A stretch of DNA of 59,256 nt, counting the filler. It is 4 parts of 4 records of this genome, joined end to end, with 100 filler letters (N's around TTAATTAATTAA, not from the genome) between each part and the next. Parts side by side here need not be neighbours in the genome. Positions count along the whole stretch, not along the records: positions 23,423 to 44,938 come from SRR20825019_369; positions 45,039 to 53,812 come from SRR20825019_372; 2 more parts are not named here. One strand, written 5' to 3'. The notes under the pieces are model-generated. The model saw only the letters and a list, made by a program, of their open reading frames with translations. It was not told where the DNA came from and made no database searches. The position numbers and the translations under genes are program-made. Shown one piece after another: positions 41,854-52,717 of this stretch. Position 1 is the stretch's first letter. Each line of letters begins with the position of its first letter.

Positions 41854-43549
41854 ATGGTCGCACTCGACCATCATGCTTATGTATTTGGAGGGGCAGCCGC
41901 TGCTGCGACTGCTTCAATTTTGGTTGGATATGATGCAGGAATAATGTCAGGGGCAATTCTTTACATTAACGATGAGTTCAGTATGACAACGGTGGAAACC
42001 GAAACAGTTGTGTCATCTTTCAACATTCTGGGTATGCAGGACCTTTTCATTGGATTGCGTAAACTAAGGAGTGCCCAACAGCGGGTTTCGGAACCTTTAT
42101 TGCTAGTCTCACCGCGGATGCCTTCGGTCGTAAGTTTGCGCTGGGTGTATCATGCATAGTGTTCTTAGTGGGTATGTTTGATCATTACCGCTATTGCATT
42201 AACCTCATCACTTATCAACAATAGGTGGGCTACTCATGGTCATTTCTACATCATATTGGACTCTGTTGCTTGGTCGTATTGTTTCCGGTCTAGGTGCTGG
42301 AGCTGCTTTTGTTGTGCCACCAGTATATATAGCGGAGATAGGTATGCTCGCTTCAATTTGCACTATGTAACAAGGCTGAAGTTTCATTCACAAACTAGCA
42401 CCTCAACATCTACGAGGAATGTTGGTTGCTCTTGCAGATATCGGCATTAATGTTGGGGTTCTTCTAGGATTCGTGCTAGGCGTCATATTAGCATATGTAG
42501 TGCCTGGCGCCACCTTGAAGTGGCGCGCTATGCTTGCCCTAAGCTTGGTCCCTCCATTCTTTATCCTTTTGGTACTGCCATTTCTTCCAGAGTCACCTCG
42601 GTGGCTGGTCTCCGTTGGGTTCCATGACAGGGCACGGGCTGTCGTCCGCCAGATTAGTCCCGACGAGCATGAGTCTGAGAAGCTATACAACAATCTGATT
42701 GAGTCGTATTCTGGCCGGCAGCAGCCTGGTCCTGATGCAGCCAGGAGTAGATGCGGATATGTTAGAGGCCTTGTCCTAGGTGAAATTGAGGGTTGGAAAG
42801 GAGTATTGATGCCCCAAGATAAGCTGACGCGGGTTACAATCTTGGTTGGCGTTGTGATGGGGTTTCTGCAGCAGGCTTCGGGAAGTGAGGCAGTTGTGTA
42901 CTTCACACCAACGCTTCTGGGGGGAAGCGAGCACGGAGAATCTTCGGACGAACAGAGGACAAGGATATTACTTGGAACGGTACTTGTGGGAATATTCAAG
43001 CTAGGAGGAGAAATCTTGGCCGCAACTGTCACCGATCGAACAGGGCGAAGGCCTCTTATCCTTCTGAGTGTAGTGTTGACATCCGTATCACTGTTCGCAC
43101 TCGCATTGGCCGCTGGTCGCGTTTCTCCGCTGGAGATGGGCACTTTGTTAGCCATATTTATGGGCAGTTTCTCGATTGGCCTTGGCCCCCTGACCTTCGC
43201 AGTTTGCAGCGAGATATTTCCCCTGGCTCAAAGGAACAAGGCTGTGGGTCTGGCTGTGTTTGCGAATCGTGTGACATCGGGGGTGGTAGCATTGACTTTC
43301 CTATCCATGGCGTCCATTCTGTCAGTTGGTGGGGCATTCGCATTCTATGGTCTTATAAGTACGGCCTCGCTGTACTTTTATTATCGATATGTCCCTGAAA
43401 CCAACGGGCGCACCTTGGAGGAGATATCATATATTCTGTCACAAGTTTTTAACATGAAGACGATCCCGGTAGAGCTGAGCGAGGAAGAGGATGACGCCAC
43501 TCTCACACTCGAGAGCGACGAACCCAACACACCCACCGATCTTGGCTGA
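41854..43549 (+). CDS. MFS sugar porter (polyol/inositol transporter-like; multi-exon)
   Basis: GYDAGIMSGA, PVYIAEI, PESPRWL, QQASG, DRTGRR, SEIFP, VPETNGRTLEEI. Confidence 0.92.
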
Positions 43550-43568
43550 CGTGCTCCAATCTTACACT

Positions 43569-44815
43569 CTATTTGCCGTTCTCCTTCATTTTCAGGAAGG
43601 CGTCAAATTCCTCATCGGCAATCTTGTATGGTGAATACTGGGCTGACGGGAATTCTCTGGCTTCCACTTCTCTCCGGTATTGGTCCAACCCCTTTTGAAT
43701 CGCATCACCAATATCAGCATAGCGCTTCATGAATTTCGGAGCTACCTTTGCATGATGAGGATGCTGGGTCTCTGTCAGAATGCGATGGCCAGACGACTTC
43801 CTCGCATTTATGCACATACCATCAACATCCCCAGTAAATCATGATAAACCAAAACTTGTCCACTCGTCTTCGAGCCAGCTCCGATACCGATCGTCGGGAT
43901 GTCAATAGCTTTCGTGACCTGCTCGGCAACACGCTCGGGTACACATTCCAAAACAATGGAGAAGCAGCCAGACTGTTGGAGAGCCTCGGCATCCTTGAGT
44001 AGGTCATACGCCTATCCCACATCACTAAGAACATTGTCTACACAATAAACCATCTACACCACTAACCTGGTCAGCAGATTTGCCTTGAGGTTTGAACCCT
44101 CCGAGCACACTGATCCGCTGAGGGGTCAGACCGATATGTCCCATTACAGACACACCGCCATCCACAATCCGGCGAATCGTCTCTGCACGACTCCTCCCAC
44201 CCCTGGCCATTCGGTCAGCACAAGCCAAACTACTCGCTCACAGCATTACTCAAGCTTGACAGCATCCATATTCGCCTCCTTTAGGAAACGCACTGCGTTG
44301 GACATTGCCTGTTCTGGGCTTTCCTCGTAAGATCCGAAAGGCATGTCTCCAATAAGAAGCGGGTACACAGCCCCTCTTGCTACCGCTTGGGCATGGTATA
44401 TCATATTATCCATCGTGACAGGTAGTGTGGTGTCATGGCCCAACTCAACCATCGCCACTGAATCGCCAACCAGCAACATGTCTAACGGATGTCAGGCAAC
44501 AATAACTGACAGCGTTCACTAATGTACCTATCCCGGCCTGACACACATGAACAGCAGAAGGGTATGTGTACGCTGTGCACATGGAACTGTCCATGTATTA
44601 GTTGCCGGGTAGAGGGGCACTGCAACGGTAGTGAACACTCACATGGGCTGGTCCCTTGTGTATTTTGCCTTCAGCTCAGTGAGGGTAAACCTCTTATTGG
44701 ACCGTGCTTGGGGGCCTCCATAGACTTGATCTTGCACTTGGTTGGACAGGGCTCGGGTATAGGAGAGCCTTGCGCGAAGAGCATTGCGGGCGTAGCGTTG
44801 TGTGTTTGCTAACAT
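43569..44815 (-). CDS. panB: Ketopantoate hydroxymethyltransferase PanB with mitochondrial-type presequence (multi-exon)
   Basis: Arg-rich N-terminus, [52 protein letters not shown]. Confidence 0.93.
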
Positions 44816-44938
44816 GTTTCAAAGGTACAGTTCAACATTTTAAAAGTGCTTGGTGACATCTATTTATAGTAGCGTTCGGTGAGAAGAAAAAAAAAAAGAG
44901 TGGTGATGGTGTCGGGGGGGGGGGGGGGGGGGGGGGGA

Positions 44939-45038
44939 NNNNNNNNNNNNNNNNNNNNNNNNNNNNNNNNNNNNNNNNNNNNTTAATTAATTAANNNNNN
45001 NNNNNNNNNNNNNNNNNNNNNNNNNNNNNNNNNNNNNN
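44939..45038. other. Artificial contig linker
   Basis: 44 N + TTAATTAATTAA + 44 N. Confidence 0.99.
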
Positions 45039-45313
45039 GTGATACCTGCCGCCACCTGGCGCTTCTTGTCGGCCTGCCGGCCCTTGTGGAACTTGACCGA
45101 GATGAAGGGACGGCTGCCCTCCACCGCATTGTCCCTATCCTGCAACGCTCCGCCGGACGACCAGCGGCTGCGCGGATAGGTCTCAAAGACGATCGTCACC
45201 CATTGCGGTTGCGAGCCCAGCGTCGCCATCACCGCATCCGTTACAGCCTTCGCCAGTCTCTCGAAGGTTTCTTCGCTGCGATCATCATCGATCTTGAAGG
45301 TAATGAATGGCAT
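45039..45313 (-). CDS. Fused two-unit 4-oxalocrotonate tautomerase-like protein, truncated by contig end
   Basis: Pro-1 start (MPFITFK), W..GG end of first unit, second unit PFISVKFHKGRQADKKRQVAAGI. Confidence 0.82.
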
Positions 45314-45351
45314 TTTGCTTCAGGTCTCCGGTCTGTTGAACGCGTGGCTCA

Positions 45352-46344
45352 TCAAAGGATTTCCTCCAGCCGAGAGCAGCGCACGAAATGCCCTGGCTCG
45401 AATTCACGCAGTTCTGGTGTGCTTTCCGAACAGCTCGGTGTTGCGAAGGGGCAACGTGTGCTGAAATGGCAGCCTGGCGGTGGATTGACCGGGCTCGGAA
45501 CACTGCCTTCCAGGATAATTTCCTCCGTTTGCACTGTCGGATCTGGGATCGGCAATGCGGAAAGCAGCGCGCGCGTATAGGGGTGAAACGTCTTCTCATA
45601 TAGCGCTTTCGCCGAAGCGATCTCGACAATCCGACCGAGATACATGACCGCAACCCGGTCGCACATATGCTCCACGACGCTCAGATCATGCGAGATGAAC
45701 AGATAGGAGAGCTGAAATTCTTCCTGCAGGTCACGCAGGAGATTGATGATCTGCGACTGGATGGAAACATCGAGCGCCGAGACCGGCTCGTCGCAAACGA
45801 TCAGCTTCGGCCTCAGCGCCAGTGCCCGTGCAATACCCAGCCTTTGCCGCTGCCCGCCTGAGAATTCATGCGGATAGCGGTCAAAATGATCCGCGCCCAG
45901 TCCGACCAGCTCCAATAGCTCCAGCGCCCGTTGCCGACGCTTTGCCCGATCGCCCTCGCCATGCAGCATGAGCGGCTCCATCAGCATGTTGCCAACGGTC
46001 AGCCGAGGGTTCAGTGAAGAAAACGGGTTCTGGAAGATGATCTGGATCTGCCGGCGGTAGGGCTTGAGCTCGCGGTCACCGAAAAGTGCAATATCAACGC
46101 CTTCAAAGCGGATTTCACCCGCAGTGGGCTTGTCCAGCCGAACGATGTTGCGGCCCAGTGTCGATTTTCCGCACCCCGACTCGCCAACAAGTCCCAGCGC
46201 CTCACCGGGCGCAATGGCAAGGTCAACGCCATCGACAGCCTTCACTGATTTCTGACTCTGCACAAAGAAGCCGTCATCGACCGGAAAATGGCGCTTCAGG
46301 TTACGCACTTCGAGAAGCGGTTTCGTGGTTTGCATGTCAGTCAT
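45352..46344 (-). CDS. dppF: Peptide ABC ATP-binding subunit (DppF/OppF)
   Basis: [32 protein letters not shown]-terminal GC.F.TRC...C...C. Confidence 0.95.
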   Translation of the reverse strand: MTDMQTTKPLLEVRNLKRHFPVDDGFFVQSQKSVKAVDGVDLAIAPGEALGLVGESGCGKSTLGRNIVRLDKPTAGEIRFEGVDIALFGDRELKPYRRQIQIIFQNPFSSLNPRLTVGNMLMEPLMLHGEGDRAKRRQRALELLELVGLGADHFDRYPHEFSGGQRQRLGIARALALRPKLIVCDEPVSALDVSIQSQIINLLRDLQEEFQLSYLFISHDLSVVEHMCDRVAVMYLGRIVEIASAKALYEKTFHPYTRALLSALPIPDPTVQTEEIILEGSVPSPVNPPPGCHFSTRCPFATPSCSESTPELREFEPGHFVRCSRLEEIL

Positions 46345-47395
46345 GGGCAGGTGGCCTGTTGTGAAGCCAGCAGCGGACACGGCGACTGCCGTCACCCGAC
46401 CCGTTCTCGGGTTCGGCAAGTGGGGGTTCCCATTTGCGACAGGGCTCGTGCACATCAGGACACCGGTCGGAGAACCGGCATCCGCGTGGCAATGAAAGAA
46501 GGTTGGGAACGACCCCCTTGATCGTGTGCAGCCGGCGCTGCCTGCCAGCCGCCTTGTCGACCCGCGGGATCGAGCGGAGGAGGCCCGCTGTGTATGGATG
46601 CAGCGGTCTGGCGAAGAGATCGCGCACCGAAGCTTCTTCAACGATGACGCCGGCATACATGACAAGGACGCGCTGTGTCATCTTGGCAATCACGCCGAGA
46701 TCGTGGGTGATGAAGAGAATGGAGGTGCCGATCTCTTCCTTCAGCCGATTCATCAATTTGAGGATCTGCGCCTGGATCGTCACATCGAGTGCGGTCGTCG
46801 GTTCATCCGCCAGCATGATCTGCGGACGGCAAGCCAACGCCATCGCAATCATTACCCGCTGCCGCATGCCTCCGGACAATTGGTGCGGGTAGGAATCATA
46901 GCGCATCTCCGGCAGGGGAATGCCCACCAGATCGAGCATCTCGATAGCACGCTTGCGCGCCGCTTCTTTGCCCACGGTCTCATGGGTGCGGATCGCCTCG
47001 GATATCTGGAAGCCGACGGTGAACACCGGATTGAGCGATGTCATCGGCTCCTGAAAGATCATCGAAACCTGATTGCCGCGGACCCGCATGCGCTGGCGTT
47101 CACTCATCGCCGCGACATCGCCGACGCCTTCGATCGTAATGGAACCCTGTGCGATACGCCCGATCGGCTTGGGAAGAAGGCCCATGATGGAAAGCGCGGT
47201 CATGCTCTTTCCGCAACCTGATTCCCCGACAATGCCGAGCGTTTCGCCGCGCTTCAGATTGAATGAGATGTCGTCAACTGCGGCTAGCACGCCCTTTTCG
47301 ACGCGCAGCTCCACACGCAGCCCTTTGACACGTAGAATCTCGTCCTGAGCCGGTCCGGGCGGGTGGGTGACCGCGTTTCTTTCTTGAAAGATCAT
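46337..47395 (-). CDS. dppD: Peptide ABC ATP-binding subunit (DppD/OppD)
   Basis: [44 protein letters not shown] overlap with the upstream gene. Confidence 0.95.
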   Translation of the reverse strand: MIFQERNAVTHPPGPAQDEILRVKGLRVELRVEKGVLAAVDDISFNLKRGETLGIVGESGCGKSMTALSIMGLLPKPIGRIAQGSITIEGVGDVAAMSERQRMRVRGNQVSMIFQEPMTSLNPVFTVGFQISEAIRTHETVGKEAARKRAIEMLDLVGIPLPEMRYDSYPHQLSGGMRQRVMIAMALACRPQIMLADEPTTALDVTIQAQILKLMNRLKEEIGTSILFITHDLGVIAKMTQRVLVMYAGVIVEEASVRDLFARPLHPYTAGLLRSIPRVDKAAGRQRRLHTIKGVVPNLLSLPRGCRFSDRCPDVHEPCRKWEPPLAEPENGSGDGSRRVRCWLHNRPPAHD

Positions 47396-48408
47396 TCGCC
47401 CCACACCTCTTCATAGACGCGCAGGAGATTGTCTCGCATGATCTTGTCGACGGCATCTTCGCCATAGCCGCGCCTGGTGAGTGCATCGCGTAGATTTCCA
47501 GCTTCCGCCATGCTTTCAAAACCGGGTGTTGCCCTGTTTTCATAGGTGTACCAGTCGCCCAGCATGCCGGTGACTTCAGGCCAGATCGGCTTCGGTCCAT
47601 AAAGCGACAGCCATTTTTCTTCGGTCTTCGTACCTTCGGAGAGATCACTGCCAAAGGCCACATGATCGATGCCGACAAGATTGACATAATGCTCCACATG
47701 ATCACAGAAATCATCGAGCGTTGGCCGTTTCTCGATACCCAGTAGAGGTGGCCACAGCGTCACACCCACCGTGCCCCCCGTCTCTGCTGCCTTCCGCGCC
47801 AGATCGTCAGGGATGTTGCGCGGGCTTTCGCATAGTGCGCGGGCGTTGGAATGACTGAAGATCACCGGGCGTCTCGATGCCGCCAGCACGTCACGCGCCG
47901 TGACATAACCGCAGTGGGACAGGTCGATCTGCAGGCGCAGCGAATTCATCAGTTCGACCCATTGATGCCCGGCTCCGGTCAGTCGCCCCTCCCGGTCCGC
48001 AAGCGCTCCATGGCCGAAACGGTTCTCCTCATTATAGACGGGCTGGATGATGCGCATGCCCAGCCGCTTCATGATGTGGAGCAAGGTCACGTCATGATCG
48101 AGGAAGGTCGCGTCCTGCGTGCCTATGATGATGCCAAGCACATTGTCTCGTGCCGCTTCGCGCATCTCCCGTGTCGAGGTAACGATACGGGCACGGTCCG
48201 CATTCTCCTCGACAATGGCACAAAGACTGGCCAGCGCCGACATGCAAGCGGCCAGATCGGTGTTCGGCGCAGTCGCGGTCAGATTGACCGCACGCACACC
48301 GCCGGCGAGAGTTTTCTCGAACTGTTCGCGTGTCAGTGTTGCGCAATAAAGCCCGTCGACAATGGTCCCCGGCCCGAAGCCGTTCTTGTTCTTGTCGCTC
48401 ATTGTCAC
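47392..48408 (-). CDS. Peptidase M19 / renal dipeptidase-like amidohydrolase (atypical metal site)
   Basis: IVDGL, DLSHCG, FSHSN, PRNIPD, GSD, IMRDNLLRV; alternative start ATG 48402. Confidence 0.88.
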   Translation of the reverse strand: MTMSDKNKNGFGPGTIVDGLYCATLTREQFEKTLAGGVRAVNLTATAPNTDLAACMSALASLCAIVEENADRARIVTSTREMREAARDNVLGIIIGTQDATFLDHDVTLLHIMKRLGMRIIQPVYNEENRFGHGALADREGRLTGAGHQWVELMNSLRLQIDLSHCGYVTARDVLAASRRPVIFSHSNARALCESPRNIPDDLARKAAETGGTVGVTLWPPLLGIEKRPTLDDFCDHVEHYVNLVGIDHVAFGSDLSEGTKTEEKWLSLYGPKPIWPEVTGMLGDWYTYENRATPGFESMAEAGNLRDALTRRGYGEDAVDKIMRDNLLRVYEEVWGE

Positions 48409-48415
48409 ATGCCCC

Positions 48416-49324
48416 TCATTCGTGTGTCAGTTGCGGGTCGAGTGCATCGCGCAGCTCATCGCCCAGAATGTTGAAAGCGAGGATGATCGCGCCGATGGCG
48501 AGCCCCGGAAAAAGCGACACCCACCAGGAAATCGAAATGTAGTTCTTGCCGTCGCTGATCATGCCGCCCCAGGTCGGGGTTGGCGGCTGCACACCAAGGC
48601 CCAGAAAGCTCAATGTTGCTTCCAGCAGAATCATCCGCGCGAGCTCGAAACTCGCATAGACGATGATTGCCGAAAGGATATTGGGGAGGATGTGGTGGGT
48701 CATGATGCGCAGCTGTCCGGCGCCGATGGCGCGTGCTGCCTCCACATACTCCAGCCCACGCACGGAAAGCACCGCACCGCGCACGATGCGTGCAAAACGC
48801 GGCCAGCCCGATAGCCCCATGATGATGATCAGATTGGTGAGCGAAGGGCCGACGACAGCGACGACAGCGATCACCAGAAGAATGACTGGAAAAGCAAGCT
48901 GCATATCGATCAGCCGCAGGATGATCGCATCGGTGCGCCCACCGTAAAATCCGGCAGCGAGCCCGGCCGCGACGCCCACCAGCATGGAGACGGCCACTGC
49001 CAGCACACTCACCACCAGCGTGATGCGTGCACCAAAAATGATACGCGACAGCGTATCGCGCCCCAGGTGATCGGTTCCGAGAAAATAGCCAGGGACCCCG
49101 CCTTCGACGAAAGAAGGTGGTTTGAGGCGCAACAGCAAATCCTGCTCAAAAGGATCGTGTGGCGCAACGAGATCCGGTAGAACCGCGCACAGAAGCGACA
49201 GGATCAGAAACGCTACGCTGAGGATAACGACGTTCTTGCCGAACAGCCGACGCAGAACGAGGCGAAGCTGGCTGTCACTCGTCTTTTTTGCCTCTGGAAC
49301 GGTTTGGGTTTCGGCTGTTGCCAT
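48416..49324 (-). CDS. dppC: Peptide ABC permease (DppC)
   Basis: LGTDHLGRDTLSR, YVEAARAIGA, LSFLGLGVQPPTPTWG. Confidence 0.95.
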   Translation of the reverse strand: MATAETQTVPEAKKTSDSQLRLVLRRLFGKNVVILSVAFLILSLLCAVLPDLVAPHDPFEQDLLLRLKPPSFVEGGVPGYFLGTDHLGRDTLSRIIFGARITLVVSVLAVAVSMLVGVAAGLAAGFYGGRTDAIILRLIDMQLAFPVILLVIAVVAVVGPSLTNLIIIMGLSGWPRFARIVRGAVLSVRGLEYVEAARAIGAGQLRIMTHHILPNILSAIIVYASFELARMILLEATLSFLGLGVQPPTPTWGGMISDGKNYISISWWVSLFPGLAIGAIILAFNILGDELRDALDPQLTHE

Positions 49325-49334
49325 GATCACTGCC

Positions 49335-50252
49335 TCACCGATAACTGATGCGCGGATCGAGCACCGCGTAGAGAAGGTCGACGATCAGATTGACCACCAC
49401 GAAGATCAGCGCGAAGAGCAGGACAATCGCCTGGACCACCGGAAAGTCGCGCGCATAAATCGCCTGAATGGCGAGCCGCCCGACCCCCGGCCAGGAGAAC
49501 ACCGTCTCCGTCACCACAACGCCGCCCATGAGAAAGCCGACCTGCAGGCCGATCACCGTCAACACGGGAATGAATGCGTTGCGGAGCCCGTGGAGCCACA
49601 CCACCTTGGTCTCGCCAAGCCCTTTGGCCCGGGCCGTGCGGATATAGTCCTGCCCCAGAACGTCGAGCATGCAGGACCGCGTCACACGCGCCACCAGCGC
49701 AACAAGCTGAAAAGAAAGGGTCGTTGCGGGCAGCACCAGATGCCACCAGGTACCGCGCCCGCCAGTCGGCAACCAGCGCAGCCAGACCGCGAAGATAATG
49801 ATGGACAGGATGCCGAGATAGAAAGAGGGCATCGCCTGCCCGATCAGCGTGGTGCCGCGCACTGAAAGATCGACCGGCGTGTTGCGCCGGTAAGCGGCGA
49901 CCACACCGGCTGGCACGCCGATCAGAATGGTCAGCGCCATGGCCGCCACGGCCAGCTCAGTCGTCGCGGCCATGCGGTCCATGACCAGCTTGAGCGCTGG
50001 CTCGTGAAACCGCAGCGAATCGCCGAAATTTCCCTGCAGGGCCTGCGTTGAGAAAGAGACAAACTGAACCCAGATCGGCTGATCGAGCCCATGCCGCTTT
50101 CGGAAAGCGTCGCGTGCCTCTTCGGTCACGTCCGGTGGCAGGATCAAATCGGTGGGATCACCACTCAGATGAGTCAGGAGGAAGGAGATGACCAGAATCC
50201 CGAACAGGACCGGAATGGTCAGGATCAGTCTTCTGGCAAGATATTTCAGCAT
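49335..50252 (-). CDS. dppB: Peptide ABC permease (DppB)
   Basis: DYIRTARAKGL, ETVFSWPGVG, LDPRI. Confidence 0.95.
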   Translation of the reverse strand: MLKYLARRLILTIPVLFGILVISFLLTHLSGDPTDLILPPDVTEEARDAFRKRHGLDQPIWVQFVSFSTQALQGNFGDSLRFHEPALKLVMDRMAATTELAVAAMALTILIGVPAGVVAAYRRNTPVDLSVRGTTLIGQAMPSFYLGILSIIIFAVWLRWLPTGGRGTWWHLVLPATTLSFQLVALVARVTRSCMLDVLGQDYIRTARAKGLGETKVVWLHGLRNAFIPVLTVIGLQVGFLMGGVVVTETVFSWPGVGRLAIQAIYARDFPVVQAIVLLFALIFVVVNLIVDLLYAVLDPRISYR

Positions 50253-50324
50253 TCCTCGTCGCTCCGGATCTTGTACTCAGGGCCGAAGAGGGCGGCGGCT
50301 GAACGCCGCCACCACTCACGATGG

Positions 50325-51836
50325 TCAGTCTTCGTAGGTCACGCCATAGAAGAACATGCGCCCGTCGCCACGCGGCAGAAAGTTCTTCAGCTTCGCATCG
50401 GTGCCGTAGAGATCGAGCCCCTGGTAAAGGAAGATGATGGGGGCCTCATCATGCATCAGGGCCATCATGTCCTGATAAATCCTGCGGCGCTTTTCGAGGT
50501 CCATCTCTTTCGCGCCGGCCTCGGCAAGCGCGTCGAGCTCCTCATTGGCAATCGTTGTGTAACGCCACGTGGAGACATACTGGGAGGCTTGAAATGCCGG
50601 GTCGTCCTGCGGCGCAAGGCCGACAAAATACATGGGCGCCAGTTCCTTGCTCCGAAGCTGGCGGAGGAACTCACCCGGTTCAAGCGCGATCATTTCGGTT
50701 TTCACGCCGACCTTGCCCAGCATGCCGGCAACCGCCTCGGAGACCTCGCGGTCCTGTGCATAGCGCCCGGAGGGGAACTTGAAGGTGATCTCGAAACCGT
50801 CTGGATAACCGGCTTCCGCCAGAAGCGCCCTGGCCTTTTCCGGATCGTAGGGATAATCCTTGATCTGCGGGTTGAAACCGAGCTGGGGTTCGCGGAGAAC
50901 CTGGCCGTTCAATGCCTTGGCTTTTCCGAAGAACAGGGCATCGATGATCGCCTTTTGATCGACCGCATAATTGAGTGCCTGCCGGACACGTTTATCCTGA
51001 AGCGGGCTTTCATGCTGTGGCAAGGATGAAAGGCCGATCTGGTATATGCGATAACTGGCCACGGGAACGAGCGTAACGCCTTCCTGCCCTTCCAGAGATG
51101 GAATGGCCGCGACCGGGAGGTCCTTTACAACATCATACTCACCCGTCGTCAGACCGGCCACACGTGCTGAATCGTCAGGCACCGGCCGCCAGACAAGGCC
51201 GTCAATTCCCTTCGGCAATTCCCCCCAGTAGTCTTCATTCAGTTCCATCACCAGCCTGTCGTCGCGCACCCATTCCGAGAACTTGAACGGACCGGTTCCG
51301 ACGGGCTGTTGACCAAAGGCTTCCAGGCCCACCTCTTCCCAGTGTTTCGGCGGCACAACATAAATCTGGCTGAGCGCAAGAGCGAGCGGCGGATATGGAT
51401 TCTTGAGCGTGATCCTCACCGTCAGATCGTCCACTTTCTCTGCACCTTCAAAAGCCTGCGCCACCTGCGCATAGGCCGGGGTGAGTTCCTTGTCGATAAA
51501 GACCCCGATGGAATGCACCACCGCATCGGCGTTCATCGGCTCACCATTCGTAAAGGTCACTCCCTCACGCAGCGCGAGAAGAACCGAGGTCGGTGTCTCC
51601 AATTCAAAACCGGTCGCCAGCAAAGGCTCTATTTCGCCGCTGCGCGGGTCCTGCCAGAAAAGAGACTCCACCATCGCAGAACCGGCATTGAGATTGTCAG
51701 AAGCGGTTGTGCCATTCGGCCAGAGCGTCTGCGGGTCAAAATTTTGAGCAATGGTCAAGGTTTCTGCCGCCGCCGGCCCAACAAGGACCGCTGCCAGCGC
51801 AACCGCTGCGATTGAGCGCTTGATCTGTGAAAACAT
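50325..51836 (-). CDS. Family 5 solute-binding protein
   Basis: Signal peptide MFSQIKRSIAAVALAAVLVGPAAA with GGAG RBS; LREGVTFTNG, GTGPFK, VRQALNYAVD. Confidence 0.94.
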   Translation of the reverse strand: MFSQIKRSIAAVALAAVLVGPAAAETLTIAQNFDPQTLWPNGTTASDNLNAGSAMVESLFWQDPRSGEIEPLLATGFELETPTSVLLALREGVTFTNGEPMNADAVVHSIGVFIDKELTPAYAQVAQAFEGAEKVDDLTVRITLKNPYPPLALALSQIYVVPPKHWEEVGLEAFGQQPVGTGPFKFSEWVRDDRLVMELNEDYWGELPKGIDGLVWRPVPDDSARVAGLTTGEYDVVKDLPVAAIPSLEGQEGVTLVPVASYRIYQIGLSSLPQHESPLQDKRVRQALNYAVDQKAIIDALFFGKAKALNGQVLREPQLGFNPQIKDYPYDPEKARALLAEAGYPDGFEITFKFPSGRYAQDREVSEAVAGMLGKVGVKTEMIALEPGEFLRQLRSKELAPMYFVGLAPQDDPAFQASQYVSTWRYTTIANEELDALAEAGAKEMDLEKRRRIYQDMMALMHDEAPIIFLYQGLDLYGTDAKLKNFLPRGDGRMFFYGVTYED

Positions 51837-52024
51837 GGTTTTCTCCCCTGTCGCGCGATCCAGACAAGGAACACGCGGTTGTGCCGGCGGCGCTTTCATT
51901 TTTACCCCTATAGGGACCTGCACGCATCACCAGACAATGAACGAATATTAGTCTTGCATGGCGATAGTGAATTTACAAGATAGAATTTCACATATATGTT
52001 TTTCGTATCGCAACGAATTCACAA

Positions 52025-52717
52025 TTGGTAATCGTGCCACAATCCCCATCATCAAGAAAATCGGCCATTGCGCTTCCGGGCAAGTCCATTACGGATCAAA
52101 GCGTCGGTGCACAGATCAGGCATCTTCGGCAGGTTCGGGGCCTTTCGCTGCGCCAACTTGCTTCCCGGGTCGGGTTGTCTGTCGGACATCTCAGCCAGAT
52201 CGAGCGCGGGGTTTCCTCAGCATCCGTAAGGACGCTTGCCGTCACTGCTGATGCGCTGAAAGTGGGGGTGTCAGATTTCTTTTCCAGCGACCGAACCGAC
52301 AACCAAAACATCGTCACACGGGTTGGAGAACGGGACCGTGTCCAGTTCGGCACAGACGGTCTCACCAAGGACCTTCTGACCGCCAACGGCGAAAAACGGG
52401 GCCTTGATCTTTTCCTGATCCGCATGGGGCCAAACGATACCAGCGGCGACACACCCTACAGCCATTGCGGTCTGGAGGCCGGTTACGTTCTGAAAGGGGG
52501 ATTCGAGCTGGAGGTGGAGGAACGCGTTCACATTCTGGGCGAGGGCGATGCCTGCGCCTTTGAAAGTACCCGCCCTCACCGTTTCAGAAACGCCGGCCAG
52601 CGGGAAGCGGTGGTTCTTTGGGCCAACTTCCGCCATCAGTCCACACAGGATGCAGAGCGTCTCACCACCGTGAAGCGCAACAATGAAATCAACAAGGAGA
52701 GGGAAAATCTGCCATGA
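52025..52717 (+). CDS. XRE-cupin transcriptional regulator (PuuR-like architecture)
   Basis: LRQVRGLSLRQLA...LSQIERG HTH; cupin H.G.E.GYVLKG...HRF.N; start uncertain (TTG). Confidence 0.9.
   Translation: MVIVPQSPSSRKSAIALPGKSITDQSVGAQIRHLRQVRGLSLRQLASRVGLSVGHLSQIERGVSSASVRTLAVTADALKVGVSDFFSSDRTDNQNIVTRVGERDRVQFGTDGLTKDLLTANGEKRGLDLFLIRMGPNDTSGDTPYSHCGLEAGYVLKGGFELEVEERVHILGEGDACAFESTRPHRFRNAGQREAVVLWANFRHQSTQDAERLTTVKRNNEINKERENLP

Noticed and set aside
44914-44937. Poly-G run at the end of contig 2 (G-quadruplex or telomere?)
   Set aside because: A homopolymer at a contig end is most likely a sequencing/assembly artefact; no telomeric repeat unit.
51960-52025. Palindrome ACATATATGT and GTGAA...TTCAC in the divergent promoter as the XRE-cupin operator
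   Set aside because: Plausible but short and AT-rich, and I found no second copy to support it.
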